From: Corallochytrium limacisporum Hawaii
Lineage: Eukaryota > Protista > Pluriformea
Direction: 5' to 3'
Assembly: GCA_002811645.1 (NCBI GenBank)
Contig: PDIP01000017.1
Coordinates: 1-64,000, forward strand
Length of the DNA stretch: 64,000 nt
Below are positions 14,654 to 25,817 of the stretch, in pieces. The notes below the pieces were generated by a model. The model was not told where the DNA came from and searched no databases. It saw only the letters and a list, made by a program, of their open reading frames with translations. The position numbers were made by a program, and so were the translations under genes. Numbering within the stretch: position 1 is the first letter of the stretch; each line of letters starts with the position of its first letter.

Positions 14654-16894
14654 ATGTCGGGCTTCTCATTTGGAGGAGCCACCGGTTCTACCGGCGGCGG
14701 TGGAGGTGGATTCTCGTTCGGAGGCAGTGCCAGCGGAAACACTGCTTCGGGTGACAATAAGCCTTCAACGGGAGGTTTCTCCTTTGGGGGCGCTGCCTCA
14801 ACAACGCCTGCTGCAAGTGCGCCCAGCGGTGGATCAGGCACTGGCGGCGGTGGATTTAGTTTTGGTTCCGCTGCAAGCACAAACACCAGTGCCACCGGTG
14901 GTGGGGGTGGCGGCGGCGGATTCTCTTTTGGATCTGCTGCGTCTACAGCAGCCAAACCGGCAGATAATGCGGCAAAGCCTGCAGCGGCAGGTGCTTTCAA
15001 TTTAGGCGGGGGAGCAAGTGGAGGCGGTGGGTTTAGCTTTGGATCTCTTGCTGCGGGTGGTGACAAGGCAGCGGCTACTACCACTAATCCCGCAGCGTCA
15101 ACGACACCAGCAGCACCAGCAGCATCGTCTGGCGGTGGATTTTCCTTTGGTGGTGGTGCAGGCGCCGGCGGTGCCGGGGCGCCCTCGGGTGGAGCGAGCA
15201 GTGGAGGTGCTGGGTTTAGCTTTCCATCGGCTGCCTCAACTACCACGGCGCCTGCACCTGCTACCAGCACTAGCAGTGATGCAGCCAAGCCAGCCAGCAG
15301 TGCTGTAGGCTTCGGCTTCGGTGGTGGTGCCAGTGCCACTGCGACTCCTGCAAAAAGCGGTGAGTCCACAGATGGTGCCACAAAGCCAGCTTTCTCGCTG
15401 GGTGGTGGCTTCGGCAGCAAGCCAGCAGACAGTGCTCCAGCAAAAGATAGCTCTAGCAGTGATAAGCCAGCTGCTGGTGGCTTTAGTTTCGGTGCCGCCG
15501 GAGGTGCTGTCAGCAAGCCTGCGGACAGTGGTGCCGCTGCTGCTGCTGCAACAGATAAGCCCGCGGCTGGTGGATTCAGCTTTGGAAGCGTGGGTGGGGG
15601 CGCAAGCCAGGGCACCGGAACAGCAGCGCCGACAACGACGGCGGGAGCACCTGCTGCAGACAAACCAGCTGCTGGAGGGTTTAGCTTCGCATCTCTAGGT
15701 GGCTCTGGCAGTGCTACCGGGACTGCGAGCAAAGCTGGCGATGCCGCCAAACCTGCTGGTGGTGGCTTTAGTTTCCGTACGGCCGGCTCTGCCACAGCAT
15801 CGACAGGTCAGGCCGCAACCAAGGAAGGTGATAAACCCGCAGCCGCTGCCGGTGGATTCAGTTTTGGCACAACTGGTGCCAACACTTCGACCAGTGATCC
15901 CACCAAGAATGATGACGCTTCTGCGGCAAAGCCGGCTGGTGGTGGTTTCAGTTTGGGAGGGCCCGCCGCCACCGCCGGCACTGCCGATAAACCGGCTGAG
16001 GGTGCCACCGCGGACAAGCCAGCGGGTTCCTCCGGTGGAGGCTTTAGCTTTGGTACCCCGGCGGCAAAGACAGACGACAAGACTGGCGCTGGTGCGGCTG
16101 CTGCTGCTGCTGCTGCTGCGGGCACAACCGCGGCGGCTGCCTCTGGTGGCGGATTCGGTTTCGGCAAAACTGGCGCGGCAGCCACAACAACGACCACTGC
16201 AGGCGCTACCCAACAGACTTCTCAACAGTTAGCACAAACGCAGCCGAAGACCACGGCCGCTGCTGAAGCACGAGCCAGCGAGCTCAGCAACCAGCACTTG
16301 CAGGATATTATCAATGATTGGAATGGTAAGGTGAGCGACCTTCATTCTGCCTTTATTGAGCAGGCCAAGGATATTATGCAATGGGATCTGGTGGTGATGC
16401 GCAACGTGGAGCGTATTGAGGCATTGGAGGGTGATGTGGAGAAGGTAAAAATGCTGCAAGACTTTATGGACGTCAGTCTGAAACGAATTGCTGGGGATCA
16501 AGATGAACTGGAAGAGATGCTAGACCGTGTTGAGGCTGGGGTACGTCAAGCTCAGCAAACCAGTGGTCGGAAGGGCAACGAAGCACGCCAGCAGGTCATG
16601 AACATGCTCATCAATATTGACGAAGAGCTAAATGCGATTGACCGGAACGTCAATGACATGGTCACGTCGATCAACCGGGAGCGCGACAGCGGCGACGGCA
16701 GCTCCTCCGAGGCACTGTCCGCCCAGGGTGCCGTTTCCAAGATTACCCGCGTACTGGACATCCACCTGCGACACTTGGCATGGATCCACGAAAACAGCAA
16801 GGTACTGGATCGAAAACTTCGGGAAGTCACACGCCTGCAGCAGACCCAGTCCAGGGAGTTCGAGATGCGCATGCAACAGCAGCCGCAGCGTTAA
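14654..16894 (+). CDS. NUP62: FG-repeat nucleoporin Nup62/Nsp1, 746 aa
   Basis: Many GGFSFG / KPAAGGFSFG repeats, then an Nsp1_C-type coiled coil (LQDIINDWNGKV...FIEQAKDIMQWDLVV...KITRVLDIHLRHLAWI). Confidence 0.93.
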   Translation: MSGFSFGGATGSTGGGGGGFSFGGSASGNTASGDNKPSTGGFSFGGAASTTPAASAPSGGSGTGGGGFSFGSAASTNTSATGGGGGGGGFSFGSAASTAAKPADNAAKPAAAGAFNLGGGASGGGGFSFGSLAAGGDKAAATTTNPAASTTPAAPAASSGGGFSFGGGAGAGGAGAPSGGASSGGAGFSFPSAASTTTAPAPATSTSSDAAKPASSAVGFGFGGGASATATPAKSGESTDGATKPAFSLGGGFGSKPADSAPAKDSSSSDKPAAGGFSFGAAGGAVSKPADSGAAAAAATDKPAAGGFSFGSVGGGASQGTGTAAPTTTAGAPAADKPAAGGFSFASLGGSGSATGTASKAGDAAKPAGGGFSFRTAGSATASTGQAATKEGDKPAAAAGGFSFGTTGANTSTSDPTKNDDASAAKPAGGGFSLGGPAATAGTADKPAEGATADKPAGSSGGGFSFGTPAAKTDDKTGAGAAAAAAAAAGTTAAAASGGGFGFGKTGAAATTTTTAGATQQTSQQLAQTQPKTTAAAEARASELSNQHLQDIINDWNGKVSDLHSAFIEQAKDIMQWDLVVMRNVERIEALEGDVEKVKMLQDFMDVSLKRIAGDQDELEEMLDRVEAGVRQAQQTSGRKGNEARQQVMNMLINIDEELNAIDRNVNDMVTSINRERDSGDGSSSEALSAQGAVSKITRVLDIHLRHLAWIHENSKVLDRKLREVTRLQQTQSREFEMRMQQQPQR

Positions 16895-16992
16895 GTGAAT
16901 CGTTCAATATAATACAAATACAAAGCGTACATAATATAAATCCTTACATAAGTTTGTAAACCACGGTGAGTGAAGACTCTGATTTGATAGGT

Positions 16993-18195
16993 TCATCCAC
17001 TCTTCTCGTTCAAGAACTTCTCAAAGTCATCAAAATCGTCCTGTGTGGAAGGCTCCGCACCGGTCGTCGGTGCCTGCCCGGCTGCAGTGCCGCTGCCCAG
17101 AGTCAGGTCCTGCAGTCCCTCAGTGGCACCCTCTGTTGTCTTGTCGTCAATATCAAAGAGAAGATTCTCCTCCGAAAGTGAACGAGGAGGGGCCGCCGGT
17201 GTGTCCGCAGCCGCATTGCCACCGCTGGCTTCTGTTCCCGCCGGCAACGCTGATGGTTGGTTCTCTGTCTGCGCACTCGTTGTGATCGCCGAATACTTTT
17301 CAAAGGCCGCGTTGATGTCGTCGTTAATCTTGAGCAGCTCGTCAGTCATGTTCCCGGTGTCCACTGAGTTCAGCAGGTCGAGAATGCGGGTCTGCATTTC
17401 CTTGGTTGTGTTGGCTAGATCGCCCAAAAAGTCCAGTTCTGCCCGGTCCTTTCCACTGTCGAGTGCTGCAGCTGTCATTTCGTTCATAAAAGAAATGTTA
17501 CCCTTCACAATGCCCAGTTCACGGCGCAGCTTGGTAAACTGTTGCTCGTCGGGAATGTAGCGTCCCTCGGCATTCATCTGCTGCCTAGGAGGGTTCTGTT
17601 GCCGCGGGGCCACTGGGACAGCCGTCGCACCAACTGCGATGGGAGCCGCGGCGTTGGCGGCAGCGGCTGCTGGGGTTGGCTGTTGAGCAACGCCTGCAAG
17701 GGAGGGCGCGACGGTCGAGTCGCGTTGTTCCGCCGCCGTCTCCGAACGTTGTGGGAAGATCACATTGTTGACCCGCAACAATCGGTACGTATCTGCAATC
17801 ATTTCACAGCCCGGCTGACCTTTGAGCGAGTCGTGCCAGTCCTGCAGCAGACCGAGAACACGGTCGCGGACTTCCTCCGGTGCCTGGGTCTTACGCTCCG
17901 CGATGGAGGCCAGATCGTTCATCATATCCTTTGTGCCCAGAGCATGGTGGAACCTAGGACCGCAGTTCTTGACACACGCTTCCATTACACTAAGGGTCAG
18001 CAACTGCTGCGTTGCTATTTGTGACTTCAAGCGCTTGCGACATGCCTTGATAGCGTGCTGTGGTCCCTGGGCTTCCCGGTTGACCGTGTCACAGACATCC
18101 ATGATAAGACCCCAGTCCTCGTGCAGCATATTCTCCTTGGTTGCCCTGTCGACGGCCTGACCCGTCGTAGTGGACAAGGGAAAGAGAGTATCCAT
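16993..18195 (-). CDS. TOM1: TOM1-family VHS-GAT endosomal sorting adaptor, 400 aa
   Basis: VHS domain (VDRATKENMLHEDWGLIMDVCD...ACVKNCGPRFH), GAT domain (KLRRELGIVKGNI...ELLKINDDINAAFEKY). C-terminal DFEKFLNEK resembles the EFDKFLEER segment of animal TOM1/TOM1L2. Confidence 0.88.
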   Translation of the reverse strand: MDTLFPLSTTTGQAVDRATKENMLHEDWGLIMDVCDTVNREAQGPQHAIKACRKRLKSQIATQQLLTLSVMEACVKNCGPRFHHALGTKDMMNDLASIAERKTQAPEEVRDRVLGLLQDWHDSLKGQPGCEMIADTYRLLRVNNVIFPQRSETAAEQRDSTVAPSLAGVAQQPTPAAAAANAAAPIAVGATAVPVAPRQQNPPRQQMNAEGRYIPDEQQFTKLRRELGIVKGNISFMNEMTAAALDSGKDRAELDFLGDLANTTKEMQTRILDLLNSVDTGNMTDELLKINDDINAAFEKYSAITTSAQTENQPSALPAGTEASGGNAAADTPAAPPRSLSEENLLFDIDDKTTEGATEGLQDLTLGSGTAAGQAPTTGAEPSTQDDFDDFEKFLNEKSG

Positions 18196-18911
18196 GGTTG
18201 TGTTTTCTTGTTTCTTTTGAGTTTGCTACTTCTGCCAGATCGAGTTCGCGCACTCTCCGAAAGTCTCCCACTCTGGCAGTGTGTCAAGGGCGATGATCAT
18301 TCCTTTTCATACGTGCCACAATGACAGCTTCCATTTGTTTTCTGGTACCAGAGCAAGAAATGTCTCCCCAAATACCCAATCTTTGCCACCGCCCCTTATG
18401 AATCGCTACTCTGTCCAAGGACACAAGCCCAACACACGACCCGAACCACCAAACACCCTCCGTCGAGGAGGGTGCCCGGCCAACCCGAACCCCCCCTCCC
18501 TTGGCCCTCCCTCCCTCCCTCCTCGCTCTCTCTCCCTTCCCGCATCGGCCCTAAAAGCCCGTCCCTAACACACCAAAAACCTACTCTCCCTCACCCACTC
18601 ACTCTCTCTCCCTCTCTGTTGTCTCTGTGAGTCTCCCCCCCCCTCCCTCTCGCTGTCTCCGCTGTGGGGAACTTCAGTGAAAAACCGTCCCCGTCTCCGC
18701 CACTCCGGCAGACAGCCCTCCCAAAGACTGCCCGGGAACACCGGCAATAAAAAAAAAATTCAAAGGGAAGCCAAGAGCACCCAAAACGAAAAGAAAAAGA
18801 GAGAGAGAGAGAGAGAGAGAGGAGAAAGAAAAAAAAAAGGGAAAACAAAAACAAAAAAGAAAGAAAAGAAAAAGATAACACTGCAGCGGAGCCCGTCCAA
18901 GAGCCCCCCCC

Positions 18912-19198
18912 CTCTCTCACTCTCTCTCTCTCTCTCTCTCTCTCTCGCTCTCTCTCTCTCTCTCGCTCTCTCTCTCTCGCGCTCTCTCTCTCTCTCTGTG
19001 TTTGTTCAAGGCACACTTTTGACATACGAACCCNNNNNNNNNNNNNNNNNNNNNNNNNNNNNNNNNNNNNNNNNNNNNNNNNNNNNNNNNNNNNNNNNNN
19101 NNNNNNNNNNNNNNNNNNNNNNNNNNNNNNNNNNNNNNNNNNNNNNNNNNNNNNNNNNNNNNNNNNNNNNNNNNNNNNNNNNNNNNNNNNNNNNNNNN

Positions 19199-19256
<58 letters not shown>
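18912..19256. repeat. (CT)n microsatellite around assembly gap 19034-19198
   Basis: CT runs flank the N block. A 37-bp unique segment here is identical to 8011-8047. Confidence 0.9.
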
Positions 19257-19261
<5 letters not shown>

Positions 19262-19841
19262 CTCTGAGAGAGGGCCCCCCCCTCCTGGGGAGTTATTTTT
19301 TTAATTCTTCTTCCTTCGTGTTCCAGACCGGGCGCGCTGCTTTACAAATCATCGGCCCTTTCTATTTTTTTTTTTGCGAAACATCCGGCGGGGGACACAC
19401 ACAGTGAAAGGGGGCGTCGCCAGGGGACGTCGGACACCTTGCGCCCCTGGAGGGGGGGGGGCAGGGGTGCGTGTGTGTGAGGTATCGAGAGAAAGTATAG
19501 GAAAACACAAAAAGCCGTCCCCCCCGGGGGGGGGGTGTTGGGTAGAGAAAGGGAGGACGAGGGCTACGGTACGGTTGAACAAGGGAAATGGGCGGAAAAA
19601 AAAAAAGGGGGTTTAAAAAAGTAAAAGTTACACATCACCGCCCCGCCCGGGAGGGGGCCAAGGGCCGGATTCCCGGCGGGGCGGAGGCAGTACGTAGGTA
19701 GTGTGGCGTGTTGCGCTTGCCAGGCTTTTGTGTCATATTGGGGGTTCTTTGTCAAATATATGTGTGGAATACTACGAGGGTATTGTAAGCGATTGATTCC
19801 TAGCACTGAGAACAGACCAAAGAGTAGGGTCAGAAGGCAAA

Positions 19842-22800
19842 TTACATGATTGTACAGTTGTCGTCCTTGTTTTTGGAGCGGAGCTTGCTGGTCTTGTTTT
19901 TCTTACCCTTCTTCTCCTTGACATCTGAGTCACCGCTTCCGTTAGACCTCGATTCAGACAAGACCTTGTCATTGATCGGTGGTGTCATGCTGGACTGCGA
20001 GTTTGGTATGCTACCACCTACGACTGGCCGCATGACTCTACCGCTTGCTCGTTTCTGCATCTTAAACTCGGCGTCCTCGTCATCACGGAAGAATTGTCGT
20101 TCCACCACCCTGGGTGAACCAGTGGTGACATCATACGATCGAATGCCCTGCAGGGGGTTCCTAGACTTCTTTGTGCCTCCTGGAGAACCAGGAATGCCCG
20201 TGGCATCCTCCTTGCCGTTCTTGAACGGACCAGTCTGTACTGTACCTACCGCAGCACGCACGTTCCGGGGAGGCAGAGAGATCGGCCTGGGCAACGTTTC
20301 CGGGTTAGACGCGCTCCTTTCGTCACGCACGCGTACATTCGGTGGCTGCTTCTTCATCGGGGAGCCATCCCCCGACGTCCGGCCGTCCAACACTTCGAGG
20401 GATGTTCCAGGCTCTACGCAGTCAGCGAGGGTGTCAAGAGAAGTCAGCAGCCTGGGGATGCTGCCAGTCGCATCATCTTCCGACCAGCTCAGGGAATGTT
20501 GCAAAGTTCCAATGCCCAGGTCCCGTACTTGACGACTACTTACTGCTTGACTACTGCTGGCGGGAGTGTGTCTGATACTGGAATTGCTGTTGCTCATCTC
20601 CGATCGCGTATCCTCGAGACCACTGCTGGCACTCGTCAACGAAAATTTTGGATTTCGCTGAGATGTTGTCGATTGCTTCCTCCGGGGCTGGGTGTCGGCT
20701 ACAGCTCCTTTTCCGTCTTGTTTGGCATTGTACATGGACTTTGCCCGGTAACGCCGTTCCTCATGTCGCTTCTGGCGACCCCCAGCGATGCCCGGAGTGC
20801 TCTCTGCTGGCAAATCATCCTCAGAAAACGCGCTTCCACTCACGGTGGGCATCGCTAACAGGAGATCCTTGTCAGGGGACAAACTATTCGTATGACTTAC
20901 GGACTCGCCGGCACCGCCGTCAAGGTCTAGGGCGCGCCGTTCTCCGGGAGTGTCCTTTCGAGGGGTCACGCGCTGTTGCATCTTCAAGTAAGTCGGAGTC
21001 TCGGCCGTCACAGAGTGAGGTCGCTGTGCCACTGAAATCAGTTTCTCTGCCATGACATCCACATCTTCTTCAAACTCGTCTTCATCCAGATCATCCTCGT
21101 CATCCAGAGCTTCGTCGTCGAGAAGGTCGTCGTCATTGTACTCGTCCTCGCTGTCTTCATCGTCGGCCATGGCTGATACACTCTTGACAGGAGAACGTAT
21201 TCCCATCTCTTCATCTTCCTCCTCTTCTTCCGGCCCTTCCTCGGCGAAGGTACTCAGAGTTTGCCCTTGCCGTGCAAAGTGCCCGCTAAGAGGGCGATTT
21301 CGGCTGTTGCGCACCCCTGGAATTTCAGGTTCCTCCGGTTCAGGTTCTCTTTCCGGTACTTCAGCAACCTGTACCTTAACCTCCGGAATAGAAGTTTTCG
21401 ATGTGGTTTGCTCGTCGTTGTCGGTTTCTTCTTCCACAATATTCTCTGAGATCTTCACAGAGCTCAGAAGACTCTTTCTCCTTTGGGCCGGAACGCTACC
21501 TGCACTGGGCTTCGACGGCTCGTGTTTATCAACCCCACCAAGATTGTGTTGGTCATCATTGCGAACGGTGGCGTTGTGTGTGGAACCGCCGTCGGAGATC
21601 TGATCAAGCTCTCGATCACTCAACGCCAGGTTGTGATCGGAACCGATGTACTCGCTATCGCTTGAGGCGATGCTGACCATTGAGCGATTGGTACCCGGAT
21701 CGCTCAACTCAAGGGTTTCCATATGCTGATTGCAGAGCCGTTCAATTGAGGCAGCGATGGAAGTCATCGATCCACGTCGGCTCCCATCGCTGCTGATGGA
21801 ATCGCGAGATCCTGCTACATTGATGCCCTCTTTGCTGGCGCTGTTGCTATTACTGTTACCGTCTTCGGACCCTCCCGTCATTCTTGCCATTGATGCACGG
21901 CGAGCACGCTGACGAAGCACTTTGATGACCTGGCTGGCCAGCAACGAATACGTCGCTGCCACATGATCATACGCCCCAGATTTGAGAGAAGTCTCGACCT
22001 CTTCGCGGGGAATGCCAATGTCCTCCAGCCGACTGAGTACCACTTCGTGGATTTCTGGAGGAAAATTTTGAACGTGTCCGTCTTCCTGTACGACATCGTT
22101 TGCTCCAGGAGGCCCTGCCATTGTGTCCACACTGATAACGCTTTGAGTGTCCTCCGAAGTTCGCCGGCGAACTTGGGCTCGGGTCTTATTGGAGCCCATA
22201 CTCTTGAACCACGGGTGACTTAGAAGCTCATTGGATTTCTTTCTCCGCGCCGGATCCCTTGTGAGCATACACGATAGCATATCCAATCCCTCTTTACTTA
22301 CTCCACTCGGGGGTTCGTATTTTGCATCCATGATCTTCGTCAACTGTTCCGACTGATTCGCGTCATCGAATGGTAGTGCTCCAGTTAGCATAAAGTAGAG
22401 GCACACGCCCAAGCTCCACATATCTGCGGCAGGACCGTCATAGGCGTCACCAAGTAGAATTTCTGGTGCGGAGTATGCCAGGGAACCGCACATAGTTTCC
22501 ATGTGCTTATCAGGCGCAACCTCATTACTGAACCCGAAATCTGTCACTTTGACGCGTCCGTCAACAAGCAAGAAATTCTCCGGCTTCAAGTCTCTGTGGA
22601 CAATACGGTTCCGATGACAATATGCAACTGCGCTCAACACCTGACGGAAATATCTTCGGGCTCTCCGTTCACTGAGGGATCCCTTCTCAGTAATATAATC
22701 GTACAGATCTCCGCCGCCAGCGAGTTCAAGAATAAGGAACAAGTAGTTTGGTGTGTCTACGACCTCGTACAAGCGAACGATATTTCTGTGTCGCATAATT

Positions 22801-23087
22801 TTCATACACCGTACTTCCTGAGGGATCATGCCCGCAGATTCCTCATCAAGTTTGCTCTTGTCCACAATTTTAACTGCTACCTGTGCACCAGTGAACACAT
22901 GCTCTGCAAGTTTGACGGTGGCATAGTGTCCCTTTCCCAAGGTCTTTTGAAAGTCATACAGACCAACGAAATTTGCACCTACTTTCGCAGTTTCCCCTGC
23001 TCCATTCACTTTCTGAAATGATCTGCGCCGGTTCTCGGCGCGAATCTTCGCCTCAAGCGAAGCTAGTCTGTCTTTATCGCCGCCCAT
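19842..23087 (-). CDS. SNRK: SNF-related (AMPK-family) Ser/Thr kinase SNRK with UBA domain, long acidic disordered tail and C-terminal CaaX, 1081 aa
   Basis: GLYDFQKTLGKGHYATVKLAEHVFTG, QEVRCMK, HRDLKPEN, TDFGFSN and CGSLAYSAPEILLGDAYD match SNRK-type kinase sequence. UBA-like HEVVLSRL...YDHVAATYSLLA. Ends KNKDDNCTIM. Confidence 0.92.
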   Translation of the reverse strand: MGGDKDRLASLEAKIRAENRRRSFQKVNGAGETAKVGANFVGLYDFQKTLGKGHYATVKLAEHVFTGAQVAVKIVDKSKLDEESAGMIPQEVRCMKIMRHRNIVRLYEVVDTPNYLFLILELAGGGDLYDYITEKGSLSERRARRYFRQVLSAVAYCHRNRIVHRDLKPENFLLVDGRVKVTDFGFSNEVAPDKHMETMCGSLAYSAPEILLGDAYDGPAADMWSLGVCLYFMLTGALPFDDANQSEQLTKIMDAKYEPPSGVSKEGLDMLSCMLTRDPARRKKSNELLSHPWFKSMGSNKTRAQVRRRTSEDTQSVISVDTMAGPPGANDVVQEDGHVQNFPPEIHEVVLSRLEDIGIPREEVETSLKSGAYDHVAATYSLLASQVIKVLRQRARRASMARMTGGSEDGNSNSNSASKEGINVAGSRDSISSDGSRRGSMTSIAASIERLCNQHMETLELSDPGTNRSMVSIASSDSEYIGSDHNLALSDRELDQISDGGSTHNATVRNDDQHNLGGVDKHEPSKPSAGSVPAQRRKSLLSSVKISENIVEEETDNDEQTTSKTSIPEVKVQVAEVPEREPEPEEPEIPGVRNSRNRPLSGHFARQGQTLSTFAEEGPEEEEEDEEMGIRSPVKSVSAMADDEDSEDEYNDDDLLDDEALDDEDDLDEDEFEEDVDVMAEKLISVAQRPHSVTAETPTYLKMQQRVTPRKDTPGERRALDLDGGAGESVSHTNSLSPDKDLLLAMPTVSGSAFSEDDLPAESTPGIAGGRQKRHEERRYRAKSMYNAKQDGKGAVADTQPRRKQSTTSQRNPKFSLTSASSGLEDTRSEMSNSNSSIRHTPASSSQAVSSRQVRDLGIGTLQHSLSWSEDDATGSIPRLLTSLDTLADCVEPGTSLEVLDGRTSGDGSPMKKQPPNVRVRDERSASNPETLPRPISLPPRNVRAAVGTVQTGPFKNGKEDATGIPGSPGGTKKSRNPLQGIRSYDVTTGSPRVVERQFFRDDEDAEFKMQKRASGRVMRPVVGGSIPNSQSSMTPPINDKVLSESRSNGSGDSDVKEKKGKKNKTSKLRSKNKDDNCTIM

Positions 23088-23874
23088 GGCTGGATTTATT
23101 GGTCCACAGTGCCGGCTGTATTTAATTTTCCATAGTTTGCCTCGTCACAGGCCATGTGCCTACTAGGGCAGTTACGCGCCGATCATTTCTTGAGAATTTA
23201 CTATTTCGAACAACGACCATGTAGGTCTTTATAAGACTAAACTTTATCTATCAGAAAGATAGTCAAGTACACATGTTCATCAAGTAACTTCACCGGACCG
23301 TCTTGGATCACTGGACCCTATGACCGCCGTCACTTGCTTCTAAAATCTCTTCGTCTGTTGCGTCCTTTACGGAAATCCATTGCCAAATCGACTTCATTTT
23401 CATTGCCGGCGCGAGATCCACCTACAAAAACCGTCACATCACGCGACACTTGCCACAGTCCAAGATCCCGCTGCTTCTCAAGGCCCCCAAACCATTGTCC
23501 CATCCGTCCAGGTTCTCCTCCTTCCCTCCCGTCCTCATCAGTACTCGCACCCCTCCTTCTCCCTAATGCTTCGATGGGGTCCCCTTCGCTTCTTTCCGTT
23601 CCCTGTGGTTCTATAGTGAATATTCGCTGATTGACACAGGCAGGGGTTTCAGCCAGGGCGCCACACCAAATTCTCCTCCTTTATTTTTTTTGTCGATGTC
23701 GCAAATTTTTTTGGGCCCCTCGATTTTTCAACTGAGACATCTCACTCTCTCACCTCCTCCCGTGTGTCTCACTGTCTGGAGCGCGCTTCCGTTCTAGCAC
23801 ACGCACTTCCCCCATTTGTCCCCCTCGCTTCCCCCCGCGGACCCCCCCGGGGGGGGGGGGGTCATTGCCCCTGG

Positions 23875-24066
23875 TCTCTCCACACTCACTCACTCACACT
23901 CACTCACTCACACTCACACACACACACGCTCCCTCTCTCTCTCTCCCTCTCTCTCCCTCTCTCTCTCTCCCTCTCTCTCCCTCTCTCTCTCTCCCTCTCT
24001 CTCCATCTCTCTCTCTCCCTCTCTCTCTCCCTCGCTTCTCTATCTCTCGCTCGCTCACTCTCTCTC
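23875..24066. repeat. Compound (CACT)n/(CA)n/(CT)n low-complexity repeat preceding gap 24078-24290
   Basis: Read directly from the sequence. Confidence 0.9.
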
Positions 24067-25817
24067 CACAAAGACAANNNNNNNNNNNNNNNNNNNNNNN
24101 NNNNNNNNNNNNNNNNNNNNNNNNNNNNNNNNNNNNNNNNNNNNNNNNNNNNNNNNNNNNNNNNNNNNNNNNNNNNNNNNNNNNNNNNNNNNNNNNNNNN
24201 NNNNNNNNNNNNNNNNNNNNNNNNNNNNNNNNNNNNNNNNNNNNNNNNNNNNNNNNNNNNNNNNNNNNNNNNNNNNNNNNNNNNNNNNNNGTGGAGGGGG
24301 CTAAGAAGCAGCACGCACACGCACCACCCTCACCCCAACCAATGGCCTGCCAAATCAGGAGCGAAAGCCAAAAGGCACAGGCCCGCAGCAAGTGGGAACG
24401 GTGGAAGGGGGGGGGGGCAGCAAGCGCACACCAGCTGCCGATCGCGTGTAAATAGATTTGGGGGGAAGGGACTATCCGGTGCAGTGCCCAACGGGTGATA
24501 AGAGAAATTGAGAGAAAAGGCAGTGGACGAGAGTGTATTTAACAAAAGGGGAACCCGGGTCCCGGAGGTGCCTCGCTGTAAAACACACACACATCCCCCT
24601 TTCTTTATTTTCCCTCATCAGAACCGCAACCGTGACAAAATCGATCGTTGCTCGACAGGCTCGTGCTCTCCATCTTTGGGCCCCGGTGATTCTGCTATAA
24701 ACGTAACCGTGTCTGTGCGATATCACGGGAAGGACGGAAGTTTCGACGAACCCCGTGGGGTACCGGTGATGGGTGTTTGCCTTGTGTCTTCGGGATTGGT
24801 ATTTTTGGTTCCCCGTTTTCTGGTTGTTCATTCGCAGTTTGCGTTTTCCGACAAAACCGGGTTGTTGATCCGTTCGAACCACACTCGCGCGTACCGAGTG
24901 GGTGCTGTGAATTACGGCGAAAAGGGGCAAACATCCGGTGTTGCGGACACGGGGGACCTATGGTATTTTGGTCTGTTCGCGGCTGCTGCCCGTGCGTGCT
25001 TGCCCCAGCAGGTCGTCGTCCCGCTGTCTCCCTCTCTCTCTCTCTACTCTTCGTGTCCAAGCCTCTCTGCCAAGCACTTGGACGTTATTCTCCCCCCCCC
25101 TCCTATTCACTATTTCTGGGGCACGATGGGTATGACCCCTCTGAACCCCCCCCCCCTTCCCCAACACCGAAGAACGGGGAACGGGAGGACCTCCCGTGCA
25201 ATAGTCCTGACAGATTTTCTATAATGAATTCATAAGAAGATTTTGCCTAGCCGTATTCTTGTTCGTTCTTTGGATGTGTACACCACTGTGAGCTGTCAGC
25301 CTGTGCCAAGGTGCTCCCGATTTCTTGGTAGAGTAGTGAAATGACAGTGGGCAATCATCGTCCTGTTGTGTTGCATTCGTCACAAGTGGGGCTTCTGATC
25401 GATGTAGTGCCTTAAGGAAAGGTCTGACCAATATACACTACGAATTGTAAATGCAAGGCGAACTGTTCCCATCCCCGCGGTGCGCCAGCGTTGGGGCAGG
25501 GGCTCGGCTGTGGTGAAGGTGGGGAGTAGACTCGTCCTCTTTACATCACATAGTGTACCGGTTTCTTTAATTCCCTACTTTTGGTAGTTTTGGTAGTGAG
25601 TGTATGTGCGTGTCGCGGTTAAAACTGAGGAATTTGATTGATTGCCAATCGATGCTACCATGAATACGCCGATGCGATGGAAACCTATGGATACTGGGTG
25701 GTCTGGTGGACAGGGAGGGCGAAGTTGGTCGATCCATTGTACACGGTCCGAAGCTAGAATGGACTCTCTATTTCAGTTGATGATGACGATGCTGAGTGGG
25801 TGTAGAAATGACATGCT

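Noticed and set aside
14590-15795. 401-aa antisense ORF with KLNPP repeats
   Set aside because: Shadow of the Gly/Ala-rich FG repeats of Nup62.
18921-19033. Microsatellite plus 37-bp unique tail identical to 7942-8047, possibly a dispersed SINE/MITE-like repeat
   Set aside because: The copy stops exactly at an N-gap and is entered through a (CT)n run. It is most simply a gap-filling mis-extension.
24508-25224. 238-aa TTG-started ORF (likewise 28121-28582 and 43826-44380)
   Set aside because: Non-ATG starts, no recognisable motifs, and they run through low-complexity promoter-like DNA.
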